Positions 1-10,881 are shown, numbered from the stretch's first letter. The stretch: DNA of 28,215 nt from Octopus sinensis (GCF_006345805.1 NW_021827530.1:1-28215), one strand, 5' to 3'. The notes: a model not told the origin generated them from the letters alone. Made by a program: numbers and translations.

Positions 1-9
1 ATATATTAG

Positions 10-255
10 TGGAGGCGCGTGGTTTAGTGGTTAGGCTGTCAGCATCATGATGGTAAGATTGTGGTTTCGATTCCTGGACCGAGCGACGCGTTGTGTTCTT
101 GAGCAAAACACTTCATTTCACGTTGCTCCAGTCCACTCAGCTGACAAAAGTTAGAAACGCTGCGGTGGACTGGCGTCGCGTCCAGCTGGGGAACACATAC
201 GCCACAGAAACCGGGAAACCCGGCCCTTGAGCTTGGCTAGGCTTTAAAAAGGGCG
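10..255 (+). mobile_element. tRNA-derived SINE, family C (body TTGAGCAAAACACTTCATTTCACGTTGCTCCAGTCCACTCAGCTG; tail X)
   Basis: A-box-like TGGTTTAGTGG and B-box-like TTTCGATTCC. Body closely matches 10957-11012. Tail GAAACCGGGAAACCCGGCCCTT is shared with 1195-1220. Ends in (TTTA)n. Confidence 0.85.
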
Positions 256-405
256 TATTTATTTATTTATTTATCTATTTATTATATGTTACATATATAC
301 ACAAATTCACACACACACACGAGCACATACATTTGTTTGTGCATTTATTATGCTTTTAACTTATAAGATAAAAATATATATATTTGTCCTTTCTCTGGAC
401 TTCTC

Positions 406-440
406 ATTTACCGACGAAGAGCTATGGTCGAAACATTAAC
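406..440 (+). ncRNA. Degenerate minimal hammerhead-like motif in a probable PLE terminal-repeat remnant
   Basis: CCGACGA-A-GAGC-TAT-GGTC-GAAA-CATT has the same layout as the minimal HHR motifs elsewhere in the window, but with U4C and a stem II mismatch. Confidence 0.4.
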
Positions 441-965
441 AACTCTCTCGTGCACATCCTCACGTTCGTTTCTTTTTTTTTTTTCTTTTTCTCTGTTTTG
501 TAATTCTTTGTTCTTTGAATTGACTATATATATATATATATATATTTCGCTTTTGGATTTGGTTTGCAAGATTCTTTATATGAGTCAAAACTATTGAAAA
601 GGTTGCAACACGCAACGAAAATTTTAGAAAATAAAAATAAGAAATAACTGGAAATTTTACCGGTGAGTGTGTTTAATAATAAGGCACAAAAAGAAAATGA
701 CTCTCCCCAGACACAACAGTATATATATATATACTTCTAATATAGGATAAAAAATTTTACCCAAAAAATTTCATCAAAGTAGCCAGCATATTAAAATGCC
801 TTTAAAGGTGAAAATTATAAGCAATTATAAACAAGGGTAAAAGAAAACAGATTTCTATGCCAATATGCTGAGAATAGACTTTAAATCGTCAATCATCACA
901 TTACAATATACATTCACTATGAATACACGTCGTGCTGAAATCGAGGAAGGCAAGCTATACGAGTA

Positions 966-1247
966 GATGCACATGGCCTAGTGGTTAGAGCAGCTGACTC
1001 GCGGACGAGGGATCGCGGGTTTGAATCTCAGACCGGGCGATGTGTGAGTTTATGAGCGAAAAAACCTAAGTTCCACGCGGCTCTGGCAGAAGGTAATGGC
1101 GAACCTCTGCTGACTCTTTCGCCACAACCTTCTCTCATTCTTTCCTCCTGCATCTTGCAGCTCACCTATACACCAAGGAAACTATACACCAAGGAAACCA
1201 GGAAACCGGCCCTTATGAGCCAGGCGTGGCTCGAGAAGGAGCAAACA
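966..1247 (+). mobile_element. tRNA(Arg)-like SINE, family D with tail X
   Basis: A-box TGGCCTAGTGG, anticodon-arm-like GACTCGCGG (TCG), B-box-like GTTTGAATC. Head and body match the reverse complement of 23335-23509. Internal 16-bp tandem duplication CTATACACCAAGGAAA at 1167-1198. Confidence 0.85.
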
Positions 1248-1257
1248 TATATATATA

Positions 1258-1405
1258 TGATGGGCTTCTTCCATTTTCTGTCTAACAAATCCACTCAAGA
1301 GACCATAGCAAAAGATACTTGACCAAAGTGACACACTATGGAACTGAAGCTGGAACCAGATGGTTCGGAAGCAAATTACTTACAACACAGTTACGCCTGC
1401 GCCTA
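1258..1405 (-). mobile_element. SINE family A, diverged 5' half
   Basis: Aligns by eye with 27210-27372 and 20930-21088 (AAATCCACTCA ... GGAACTGAA ... CTTACAACACAG ... CCTGCGCC). Confidence 0.75.
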
Positions 1406-1535
1406 AATAGTGATTAATTTTATATATACTTACAAAGGTAATATCCACACATCTTCTAATTGCAACAATATTTTCGACAAAATATGACACTTTGCACCTG
1501 TTTTGGAAATCAGTATTGCTACAGAGAGACTTCAT

Positions 1536-1682
1536 ATTCTAAGTTCAAATACCGCTGGGTCGACTTTGCCTTTCATCCTTTCGAGGTCGATAAAATAATT
1601 ACCAGTTGAATACTGGGGTCGATGTAACCGACTTACCCCCTCTCTTGAAATTACTGGCCTTGTGCCAAAATTTGAAACCAGT
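1536..1682 (+). mobile_element. SINE family B, 5'-truncated copy
   Basis: GTTCAAAT B-box-like, core GTCGACTTTGCCTTTCATCCTTTCGAGGTCGATAAAA, tail GGCCTTGTGCCAAAATTTGAAACCA. Confidence 0.85.
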
Positions 1683-1687
1683 ATCGA

Positions 1688-1918
1688 AGGCGGCGAGTTG
1701 GCAGAATCGTTACCGCGCCGGCCAAAATGATAGCGGTTCTAAGTTCAAATTCCGCCGAGGTCGACTTTGCCTTTCATCCTTTTGAGGTTCAAAGAAATAT
1801 GTACCAGCTAAATACTAGGGTCGATAAAATAAGTACCAGCAGGAATGCCGAGTCAAAGTAATCACCTCACCACCACCACCCGCGAATTTGCCGGCCTTGT
1901 GCCAAAATTTGAAACCAT
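1688..1918 (+). mobile_element. SINE family B, second tandem copy with head
   Basis: Head GGCGGCGAGTTGGCAGAATCGTTA; same core and the same tail GGCCTTGTGCCAAAATTTGAAACCA as the preceding copy. Confidence 0.85.
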
Positions 1919-2150
1919 TGATATTATAGTTATTATTGTCGGTGTTGTTATCGTCGTAGTCGTTGTTGGTATTGTTGTTGTTGTGGTAGTGGTTGTTAAC
2001 TGTTGTTTATGATGCTATTGTTGAAGCTTTTTGTAGCCAATTAAAGCGAAAGGGGTGGGACCGTTTATTTGTTACGGAGGTGTTTTAAACAGACACCCAG
2101 GCGCCGTAGTCACGTCTGCTGAGTACCTCCCCCTAGTTTACAGTTGCCGT

Positions 2151-2156
2151 TATACA

Positions 2157-2187
<31 letters not shown>

Positions 2188-2550
2188 GTATGTATGTAAG
2201 TACACAGAAAAATAAATAGATGCAGAGACACATTCATATACACATATATAATATATATGTACATATAAATAAGTATGTATATATATATATATACATATAT
2301 ACATAAATATATACACACACATATATATGTATGTATATATATATATGTGTGTGTGTGCGTATATTATATATATTATATATATAGATATATATATATATAT
2401 ATATATATTTGTATGTACGCATATATGTACATCTATACATATGCGTATGTTTGAATGTATGTGTGTATATATGTATGTGTATTTATATATTATATATGTA
2501 TGTATATATTGTGTGTTTATATATATGTATATATGTATGTATGTATATAG

Positions 2551-2606
<56 letters not shown>

Positions 2607-2607
2607 G
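2151..2607. repeat. Compound (TACA)n/(TA)n microsatellite tract
   Basis: Directly visible; accounts for the YI/YV-rich ORFs. Confidence 0.95.
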
Positions 2608-2909
2608 CGTATAGGAATTGAAATTATAAGGGACGAAAGGGAAACGGGTTCGAAGTTGTGATGCTAGATCAGGGGTAAGAGGGGTGACGGGGATAATAGG
2701 GTGGGGGACAGGATTTGTGTTAGGGAATGATCTTGGCAAAGACGCACACACATGCATAAACACACGCTTGTGCGCATGTGCATGAAAACACTCACACAGA
2801 CTGACATACATGCACACACACATATACCCAGCACGTTCACACGCACATACAGACACAGGCGCGCGCACATACACACACATATGCAATTCTTATTTATTTA
2901 TTGAAGGGA

Positions 2910-3170
2910 GAAATGGAAAGAAAGAAATAAAGAAATAAAGGAAGAAAGAAAGAAAGGAAGAAAGGAAGAAAGAAAGAAAGAAAGAAAGAAAGGAAGAAAG
3001 AAGAGAGACAAGGTAGGCGGACAGAGGTATCAAATATAAGAATAAATATTAAAAGAGGAACGCTATTTAAGGGTGGAGTATGTACGTTGGTAGGTATGTA
3101 GGTAGGTAGGCAGGTAGGTAGGCAGGTAGGTAGGCAGGTAGGTACATAGGTAGGAGGTAGGTAGGAAGGA
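2910..3170. repeat. (GAAA)n and (GGTA/GGCA)n purine-rich microsatellites
   Basis: Directly visible. Confidence 0.9.
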
Positions 3171-3451
3171 AGGGTGAGAGGGGTGGGTCAGTAAGTAGGT
3201 AAAGAAGAATGAAGTGAGGAAAGAGGGAGCGTGTGAGAAGCTGGATGTCGTCCGAATTAGATTTACCCCCAACCATCCCCCAACGAATCCCAGGCACCTC
3301 ACCGCCGCTACCCCCTCGTTCTGCTCCTTCCCACCCAGCCCCCTCAACTCGCGTCGAATTGAACTCACGACACGTCCCTATCACAATGCAATATAATGTA
3401 TTGACACGGCATAACTTGTCAATTGCTTCTAATTGGCTTAAACGGCCTCCT

Positions 3452-3463
3452 CGTGTATGTCCG

Positions 3464-3504
<41 letters not shown>

Positions 3505-3511
3505 CCGTGTT

Positions 3512-3559
<48 letters not shown>

Positions 3560-3575
3560 TGTGTGTGTGTGTGAG
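3452..3575. repeat. (GT)n microsatellite
   Basis: Directly visible. Confidence 0.95.
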
Positions 3576-3731
3576 TATAGGTATACCTCCTGGGTTGCCT
3601 CTGTATTTATAGAGATTTTATCTTCAGCTGCGTGCGTGTGTCTACTTGCGTATGCAAGTATGTTAGCATTCATGTAAGTATGCATGCATTTATGTATGTA
3701 TGTGTGTTTATGTATATATGCGTATGTATAT

Positions 3732-4180
3732 AGGCTCGGGCGTGGCTGTGTGGTAAGTAGCTTGCTTACCAACCACATGGTTCCGGGTTCAGTCCACCAT
3801 GTGACACAGTGGGCAAATATCTTCTACTATAGCTTCGAGCCTACCAAAGCCTTTTGGATTTGGCAGTTGAAAACTGAAAGAAGCCAGTCGTGTGTGTGTG
3901 TGTGTGTGTGTGTGTATGAGTGTGTGTGTGTGTGTGTGTGTGTATGAATGTGTGTGTGTGTGTGTGTGTTGTGTGTGTGTGCATCTTTGTGTCTGTGTTC
4001 GTCCTTCATCACCGCTTGACAACCGGTGTTGGTGTCTTTACGTCCCTGTGACATAGCGTTTCGTCAAGAGAAATAGATAGAATAAGTATCAGGCTTAACT
4101 AAAAATAGTACTGGGGGGTATTCATTCCAATAGATGTTCTTCAAGACGGTACCCCAGCATTGGCCGCAGTCTAATGACTG
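3732..4180 (+). mobile_element. SINE family A, near full length with internal (GT)n
   Basis: Head GTGGCTGTGTGGTAAGTAGCTTGCTTACCAACCACATGGTTCCGGGTTCAGTCC; internal microsatellite; tail CCCCAGCATTGGCCGCAGTCTAATGACTG. Confidence 0.9.
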
Positions 4181-4312
4181 CATGTTTTAGCTTCGTTACT
4201 ATGGCAACAGTCCGGATGGTTATTGATCAGACCACATTTATATGTGTGTGTGAGAGAGAGAGAGAAATGGAGTGTGTATGTGTGTGTGTGTATGTATGTA
4301 TATACATATATA

Positions 4313-4544
4313 CTTTTATTTGTTTCAGTCATTTGACTGCGGCCATGCTGTATCATCTTAAATCGAACAAATCGACCCCAGGACTTATTCTTTGTAAGCC
4401 TAGTACTTATCAGTACCTTTTGCCGAACCGCTAAGTTACGGGGACATAACACACCAACATCGGTTGTCAAGTGATGGTGGGGCAAGAAAACACATGCATA
4501 TATATATATATAATATTATATATATATATATATATATAATATAT

Positions 4545-4575
<31 letters not shown>

Positions 4576-4723
4576 GACGGGCTTCTTTCAGTTTCCATCT
4601 TCCAAATCCAATCAAAAGGCTCTGGTCGGCCTGAGGGCTATAGTAGAAGACACTTGCCCAAGGTGCCACGCAGTGAGACTGAACCCTAGACCATGTGGTT
4701 AGGAAGCAAACATCTTACCACAC
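4313..4723 (-). mobile_element. SINE family A, near full length with internal (TA)n
   Basis: Reverse complement of the same family (TGTTTCAGTCATTTGACTGCGGCCATGCTG ... CACTTGCCCAAGGTGCCACGCAGTG ... CTTACCACAC). Confidence 0.9.
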
Positions 4724-5107
4724 GCAAATTTATACGTAGACATTGTGGAATATTTCTTCAATAAACTGCGAATTTTTCAGCCAACCACTTAGCATTAAAC
4801 CGATCACAGTTAATCCGGTAATAGGATTACCAACGGAAACCTAAATACAGATTTTCTGCAATAGATCTCTTCTGGCGAATAATTTTTGCTGATCATTTTC
4901 ACCAGGTCGACATCTAGTGTTATGTCGTTTTGCTTCCTTCTTATTCCACACACGCAGAACTGTAAGAAAACTCTATTATTACACAAGGAAACTTCTTTTG
5001 TTTTACCTAGCTAAAGCATAAAATTCCTTTAAAATAATCAGTAGTGTTTAATTATTTCAATCAAATGAATATTACATGTGTTTGTGTATGTATTTATATA
5101 TATATAT

Positions 5108-5293
5108 AGGGAAAGTTTACAAAAAAAAAAAAAGACGAAGACAGGTGGTGTACAAAACAAACAGATGTATTAGTATAACGCTCAGGAATAGAAAAAGTCT
5201 TTTACGTTTCGAGCCTACGCTCTTCTACAGAAAGGTACACAGAAAAAACAAGGAGAAAAAAAATGTGTGTAGTGGCTAATGATCTATCATGGT
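5108..5293 (-). mobile_element. About 190-bp PLE pseudo-LTR-like unit with minimal HHR-like motif (family H1, copy 1)
   Basis: Nearly identical to 22542-22739 and similar to 19342-19549. Minus strand reads CTTT-CTGTAGA-A-GAGC-GTAG-GCTC-GAAA-CGT-A-AAAG at 5199-5234. Flanked by (TA)n. Confidence 0.75.
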
Positions 5294-5324
5294 GACATAT
5301 ATATATATATACGCATATATAATT

Positions 5325-5495
5325 GATATGAAGACAGTTGTATGAACAAAAAGCAGGGGTATTAGTTTGACGCTCGTTAAAATGAAAGCATTTTTTTATG
5401 TTTCGAGCCCACGCTCTTCAGCAGAAAGGATTAAGAGTAAATAAACAGAGAGAGAATGCATAAAACCCTGTAGATCTAGTGGTCAAGCATGGCGA
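5325..5495 (-). mobile_element. Family H1 copy 2 (diverged), 3' terminal repeat of the adjacent PLE remnant
   Basis: Minus strand CTTT-CTGCTGA-A-GAGC-GTGG-GCTC-GAAA-CAT-A-AAAA at 5394-5428; lies downstream of the GIY-YIG remnant on the same strand. Confidence 0.7.
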
Positions 5496-5886
5496 CTGAT
5501 TAGAAAAAAGTTTGAAAAAAGAGATTGGAAGAAAGGGAGATAATAAACTAATGGTGATCCCACATGAAGGTGTACGTGCGTATGTGTGTATGTGAGAATG
5601 GTGTGTGAATGTGTGTGTGTGTGTGTGCGTGTCTGTATGAATTGGAGCTAGTGACTTTGACGGGTGTGAGTGTGTGTCTGTAATGTGTGGCTACTCATAT
5701 AGTGATATGTGTGGTGATGCTACTGAAGATTGTGTGGGTGTGTGGTGTGGGTGCTGAGAAGTGGTCAGTGCTAGAGTGTGGAGGGTGTCGGGGTGGTGTG
5801 GTGTAGTGGTTCGGGGTTGTGTGAGGTGGAGTAGAGGTAGGGGTAGGGTATCAATAAAGAGAGGAGGTGAGTAGGAGTGAAGACAG

Positions 5887-5980
5887 GAAGTAGGTGTCAG
5901 ACGAAGAGAGGAAGTAAGTGTCTGATGAAGAGAGGAAGTAGGTGTCAGATGAAGAGAGGAGGGAGTCAGACGAAGTGAGG
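5887..5980. repeat. 24-bp minisatellite (GAAGTAGGTGTCAGACGAAGAGAG), about 4 copies
   Basis: Units start at 5887, 5911 and 5935, with a degenerate fourth at 5959. Confidence 0.85.
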
Positions 5981-5984
5981 AAGG

Positions 5985-6480
5985 GAGTTGAACCCATGTG
6001 ATGCAAAGGGGGAAGAGAGAAGATAAATATCTGTTCACAGCAAAGGCGGAAGACCCTGTGCAAAGACAGTCTGAACACAGACAGATATAGTGAATGACCG
6101 GTAGAGCGGAAATTGTGCGAGACGGGGGTGTCATTACTGAGTTTGATGTCTCGGAGGTGCTCCACGATCCGGTCATCCAAACGGCGTCCCGTTTGACCGA
6201 TGTACAGAGAAGGGCAGATAGAGCAGAAGAAGCAGTAAATGATGTTGCTGGAAGTGCAGGTAAAGTGATAATGAGTCGGTGGTATAAGGGAAGATGATGG
6301 GGCCTGTGAGGATGGTGGTGTTGGAAAGGTAGAGGCAAGTACGGCAGCGTGGACGGGAGTAAGGGAACGAGCTAGGCTGGGAGGTGGTGTTAGGGCAGAA
6401 ACTGTGGACCAGGAGGTCACACAGGTTGTGGCTCATTTGAAGGAAGGAAGGAAGGGGTAGGTTGGTGAAGATGTGCGAGA
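5985..6480 (-). pseudogene. Penelope-like element (Neptune-like) linker and GIY-YIG endonuclease remnant
   Basis: Translation FTCTSSNIIYCFFCSICPSLYIGQTGRRLDDRIVEHLRDI...PVSHNF matches the PLE GIY-YIG pattern (IY-x-CxxC-x-YIGQT-R-EH). An upstream frame reads HNLCDLLVHS, resembling the PLE linker. Frameshifted, no RT. Confidence 0.85.
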
Positions 6481-6727
6481 TTAAGAGGTTTTATATATAT
6501 TAGGTTAAGGAAAAAGTTCGTGCGCCGTGTTTTGAAGAATAGTTTCTTTGAATAAATTCTTGCATAAAAAATCATATGTTGTGTGTGTGTCTGTGTGTGT
6601 GTGTGTGTATGCATACATATGTATGTCATCGTTCAGTTTTATTTCAAGATTTCTTGCCAATAGAAAAAGAGCCATTTTCTAACCTACATCCAAGGTTCCT
6701 TCATTGGAATTTCAACATCAGCAACAG

Positions 6728-7004
6728 GGTATGTATGTATGTATGTATGCATGTATGTATGTATGTATGTATGCATGCATGCATGTATGTACGTATGTAC
6801 GTATGCATGTATGCATGTATGCATGTATGTATGTATGTACGTATGTATGTATGTATGTATGTATGTACGTATGTATGTATGTATGTACGTATGTATGCAT
6901 GTATGCATGCATGTATGTATGTATGTACGTATGTATGTATGTATGTATGTGTATGTATGTATGTATACATGTATGTATGCATGTATGTATGTATGTATGT
7001 ATGT
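6728..7004. repeat. (TATG)n microsatellite with CATG/TACG variants
   Basis: Directly visible. Confidence 0.95.
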
Positions 7005-7046
7005 AAAGAGAGACGCAGGCACAATTATAGGCGCGGCCGTAGCTAT

Positions 7047-7130
7047 AGGTGCAGGCTGGGCTGTAAAGTAAGAAGTCTACTTCCTAACCATACGGTGCTG
7101 GGTTCAGTCCCACCGAGTGGCACCTTGGGT
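7047..7130 (+). mobile_element. SINE family A head fragment
   Basis: GGTGCAGG...CTAACCATACGGTGCTGGGTTCAGTCCCACCGAGTGGCACCTTGGG resembles the family A 5' end. Confidence 0.65.
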
Positions 7131-7569
7131 ATTAGCTTCGCAACATCCAGATTCTGCTTCCCCTAAGCTTATCGAACATTTGCGTTGTGACAAAAGTTAC
7201 TGAAGTTTACTCCTCGGGCATTTTCAGTCTTGCAGACCTGCGTTCAGAGACAATCAAAACCGTGACCATCTTATCTTTTTGGTTTGTTTGTTGTTTGTTT
7301 TTTATTTTTTATTTATTCATTTTTTGTGTGGTTGGAGCGAGTTTCACTTGTAGTAAATCTATTACTGCATTATCCAAAGCCTATCCTTTGCTTTTTTTTT
7401 TCTTTTCTTTTGTTTTTAGATGGAAAGTTACTATTTGAAAGAGCGTCGGCTTTCATTTTATCCGGTTGAATGGCTAGGCAGAGACTCTCCGTCGCGAAGA
7501 TTATATTTTGTCGCTTTTCCAGGCATAATAGTTTCTAACCACTCGAAGTATTAAAACAATGATTTACTA

Positions 7570-7712
7570 AATAGGCACAAGACCCAAGACCTGGGCGTGT
7601 AGGGACAAGTTGATTATATCTGTTCCACTACTTAAGAGTTATTTATTTTATCAACCCTGGGAGAATGAAAGGCACCCTTGACCTCAATATGATTTGAACT
7701 CAGAATACAGGG
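7570..7712 (-). mobile_element. SINE family B, old diverged copy
   Basis: GGCACAAGACC ... TTTTATCAACCC ... ATGAAAGGCA ... TTGACCTC ... ATTTGAACTCAGAA is the reverse complement of the family B tail and core. Confidence 0.7.
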
Positions 7713-7773
7713 AGACATTTTTTTCTGTTTTCTTTTGATAATATATCAATAAACTTTACCTTTAATAGTTTCT

Positions 7774-7975
7774 TTAACTTGTTACAGTCATTGGACTGCG
7801 CCCATGCTGGGGTACCACCTTGAAGGGTTTAGTCGAACAAATCGAAACCAATATCTATTTTTAAGTCTGGACTTATTCTATCGGTCTATTTTGTCAAACT
7901 ATTAGGTTACGGGGACGCAAGCAAATCACCAATGGTTGTCAAGGTGGGTGACAAGCACAAGTTACAAAGACAGAC
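7774..7975 (-). mobile_element. SINE family A 3' half
   Basis: CAGTCATTGGACTGCGCCCATGCTGGGG ... ACTTATTCTATCGGTCT ... GGTTGTCAAG. Confidence 0.8.
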
Positions 7976-8058
7976 ACATATATATACACACACACAAATA
8001 TGCATATATGCATACACACATACACATACACGTACACGCACACACACACTCACACATA

Positions 8059-8106
<48 letters not shown>

Positions 8107-8329
8107 AAGCCCATGTATGTATACTGCCATATACATATACACATGTGTGCTTGTCCAGCCATTCATTCATTCATCCATACATGCATACATACATACATAC
8201 ATAATACATACATACATACATACATACATACATACATGCATGCATACATACATATATACATACATAAACACACGCACTGTACTATTGTTTGTGCCATGTG
8301 TAGAAGTAGCTAAGGAGTTCAGTAGAAAA

Positions 8330-8640
8330 AAAGGGACATGGTCTAAATAGAGCCCGAGTAAACCAAAAGGGGTTGGGTAGAAAGAGTCGAGAGGGATGGA
8401 GGGGTCATTGCACCAGATACTACTCTGTGTAGTATTTGAATAGAGGTGGAGAAGAGATGAATACCAGCAGGAGAGGTAGGTAGATAGGCGGGTGGGTGGA
8501 TTTGGGTACAAGTGACGTCACAGCATCTTTTGTAATGTCTGAAATTTAAAGAATGAGGGATTGTAGCGATTGGTCCCTATTGTGGTATGTTCAATGGGAG
8601 TCAGTGAGTTGGATGATGGAGGAGTTTTGAACTGTAGGGA
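8330..8640 (-). pseudogene. Possible highly decayed PLE reverse-transcriptase C-terminal fragment
   Basis: Pieces in different frames (NSSIIQLT, TSLVPKST, TYLS, LYSN...IWCND) occur in the order of the PLE motifs N..P.IQFT, TS.Y.KPT, YL, PYS...ICSD. Similarity is weak. Confidence 0.25.
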
Positions 8641-8892
8641 GGGTAAAAATAAAAGGGAAAGAAATGAAGAGAGAGAGAGAGAGAAAGACTGAGGTTGAGA
8701 GAGAAAGGGGGAGAGAAAGAGGGAAAGAAAGTGGGGAGAACGTATGAGAGGAGAAAGAGGAAAAAGAGAAAACGAAAGGGTTAGAGTGAAATACAGTAAA
8801 GCATGATAATATAAGGAAGATGTATGTTATCTCTGTATCGATGTGTGTTTGTTGTATGTGTATATATACACATATATGTATATGTGTATACA

Positions 8893-8926
<34 letters not shown>

Positions 8927-8984
8927 CATATATATCATACAGAAGGAATCAAACGAAAGCTGAATAAAATCTACCATACATTTT

Positions 8985-9282
8985 TTAATTATTTTTATCT
9001 AGTTTCAGCTCACAAGCTGTGGCCATGCTGGGGCACCGCCATTTGGTGTTGCTACATGATTTTACTTCACGAATGCTTTTTAGCAATTGCCATTTAGTGC
9101 ACGAGAGAGTTCGATGCAGCTGCCCTCATCTGCACCTCCTGCCGTGAAGTTGGTTCATCTGGGACACCTGACTGTAAGAGATCCAGTTTTATTTTAAAGA
9201 CATCTGCATCCACCCCATGCAGGTCTCTTAGGTTCTTCGGGAGGATATTGAAGAGCTGTGGGCCTCGGAAGCCCAGGCTAAC
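8985..9282 (-). mobile_element. 5'-truncated LINE 3' end (CR1/L2-group-like ORF2 C-terminus plus 3' UTR)
   Basis: SLGFRGPQLFNILPKNLRDL...FKIKLDLLQSGVPDEPT...RAAASNSLVH* matches the typical ORF2 ending N.LP...FK..LD..L..VPD.P...SNSL. Short 3' UTR and A-rich tail follow. Confidence 0.8.
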
Positions 9283-9289
9283 ACAAAAC

Positions 9290-9628
9290 AATAAGCATTT
9301 TCAAAGATATGAACGAAATATTAATTTTCAAACGAAACAATAATACGTACACCCTAAAGGATTATTTTCTATATTCAGTATTTGGTGAGACCGCCTTTGC
9401 TTTCAATGACTACATTAAGTCTTCTGGGCATAGAGCCGACTAAATTTCTGCATATAACCGATGAAATCGACCTTCATCCACCTTGAACGGTGTCTCTCAA
9501 CTGTGTTGCATTGCGGAGTTTTTTCTCCACACCCTTCCTTTTCAAAACAACCCACAGATGTCCTATGAGGTTTAAACCAGGTGACATAGTAGGCCAAGAC
9601 AATACTTTTACCTTTTACTTTTGAAGTG
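9290..9628 (-). mobile_element. Tc1-type transposase C-terminal remnant
   Basis: Minus-strand frame reads VLSWPTMSPGLNLIGHLWVVLKRK...LVGSMPRRLNVVIESKGGLTKY*, matching Tc1 WPSQSPDLNPIEHLW...SMPRR..VI..KGG.TKY. Contains an internal stop. Confidence 0.85.
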
Positions 9629-9629
9629 T

Positions 9630-10880
9630 GTTTAGCACTATCTTTTGCTATCATTCCTAGGGCGCCTATGACAACAGGTTTTGTTTTAGTTTTGATGTTC
9701 CCCATTTTGCCAATTTCTATTTGAAGATTATTATACTTGCTCAGTTTTTCGTAGGTCCTGACAGATACATTTACGTCGATTGGGACAGTCATATCAATGA
9801 GAAGGTATGATTTTTGTCTGAAGTCTTTCAATATAATGTCTGGCCTGTTCGCATTTATCTCTCAGTCAGTTTGAACGATGAAATTCCAGAGGAGTGAGAT
9901 GTGATCCTTTTCAAACACTGGAGGTGACTTGTGTTCCCACCAGTTTTTATCATGGGGTAGGTCCAGGGTTTTGCAAATTACCCAGTGAATATATTGTTCT
10001 GCTTTTTCTTGCCTATTAAGATACGCTGCACGTGCAAGAAGGTTGCACATGGAGGCATGATCGATGGTTTCATTTTGTTGTTTACATACACTTGTTGGGC
10101 TCCCGCCGCTCTTTAATATGTTGATCTGGAAGCTCCTTGTAGGTAGGCATTGATCTTGGGCTGCTATGATAAACCCTCCTGTTTCTGATTTTAAGCCAGA
10201 AGATACTAATCCTTGATGAGTAAGGGCTATGTCAACTCGGCATTATTAGCTCTCTTTGAGAGGTTTTTCTTGCCATTTATCAGATAGAATATCTAAGGCA
10301 GCAGTTTTAGCACAGGTTTTCATATGCTTAGCTTTTTCTGTGCTTGTTTCCAGTACGTCTAATTCTGGGATTTGTTGTATTTGGAATTCACTTTTCCTGT
10401 TTTGTTACTGAGTATGATGCTCTCTTGCTTTCATGCTTTAAGACAAGTTTTAACATCCAGTCATCAGTGTTTTTCAGACAGATGCTTAGGCCAATTGTGA
10501 CAATCTTCATTGTTAATTCCAGTTGTAAAAGTCGACGGCCACCCTTTTTTCTTGGCAGGTAAAGTCGCTCTATATCTGCCTTACAGTGTGCATTCTATGC
10601 ATTGTCAACAATTTTCGTATTTTCCAGTTAAGATTACATATTTCAGTAAGTGACCAGTTAATGTCATTGAAACGAAGTCACGACTGATATGGCTAAATTA
10701 TTGATCGCTTCGATGCTGTTCAATTTCTTTGTGACTTTCTTCACCTATTTGATTTTCATCTGCCTTGGTGTTTATGGTTGGTTCAGAGAATATTTCACTT
10801 TGCTTATCAGTTACATTAACTCTTTCTACCATTGCTGCATTTTCATCAGACCTCGGTTGGTCTATAATTATTTCCTCTGT
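9630..10880 (-). mobile_element. R4/Dong-like RLE non-LTR retrotransposon remnant (post-RT region, Zn knuckle, restriction-like endonuclease)
   Basis: Frameshifted motifs in order: RLYLPRKKGGR (~10565-10530), ETGGFIIAAQDQCLPTR (~10188-10135), ETIDH..MC...YIHW, and RPDIILKD...LLIDMTVP...KLSKY..LQIEI...PVVIGALG. Confidence 0.85.
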
Positions 10881-10881
10881 A

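Noticed and set aside
546-960. Complex AT-rich blocks between (TA)n tracts (also 4725-5070, 6625-6728, 7130-7290)
   Set aside because: Probably repeat remnants, but no second copy, TIR, ORF or RNA motif within the window allows classification.
5920-5960. CTGATGA at 5922 as a hammerhead core
   Set aside because: It is a variant minisatellite unit with no stem II or GAAA partner.
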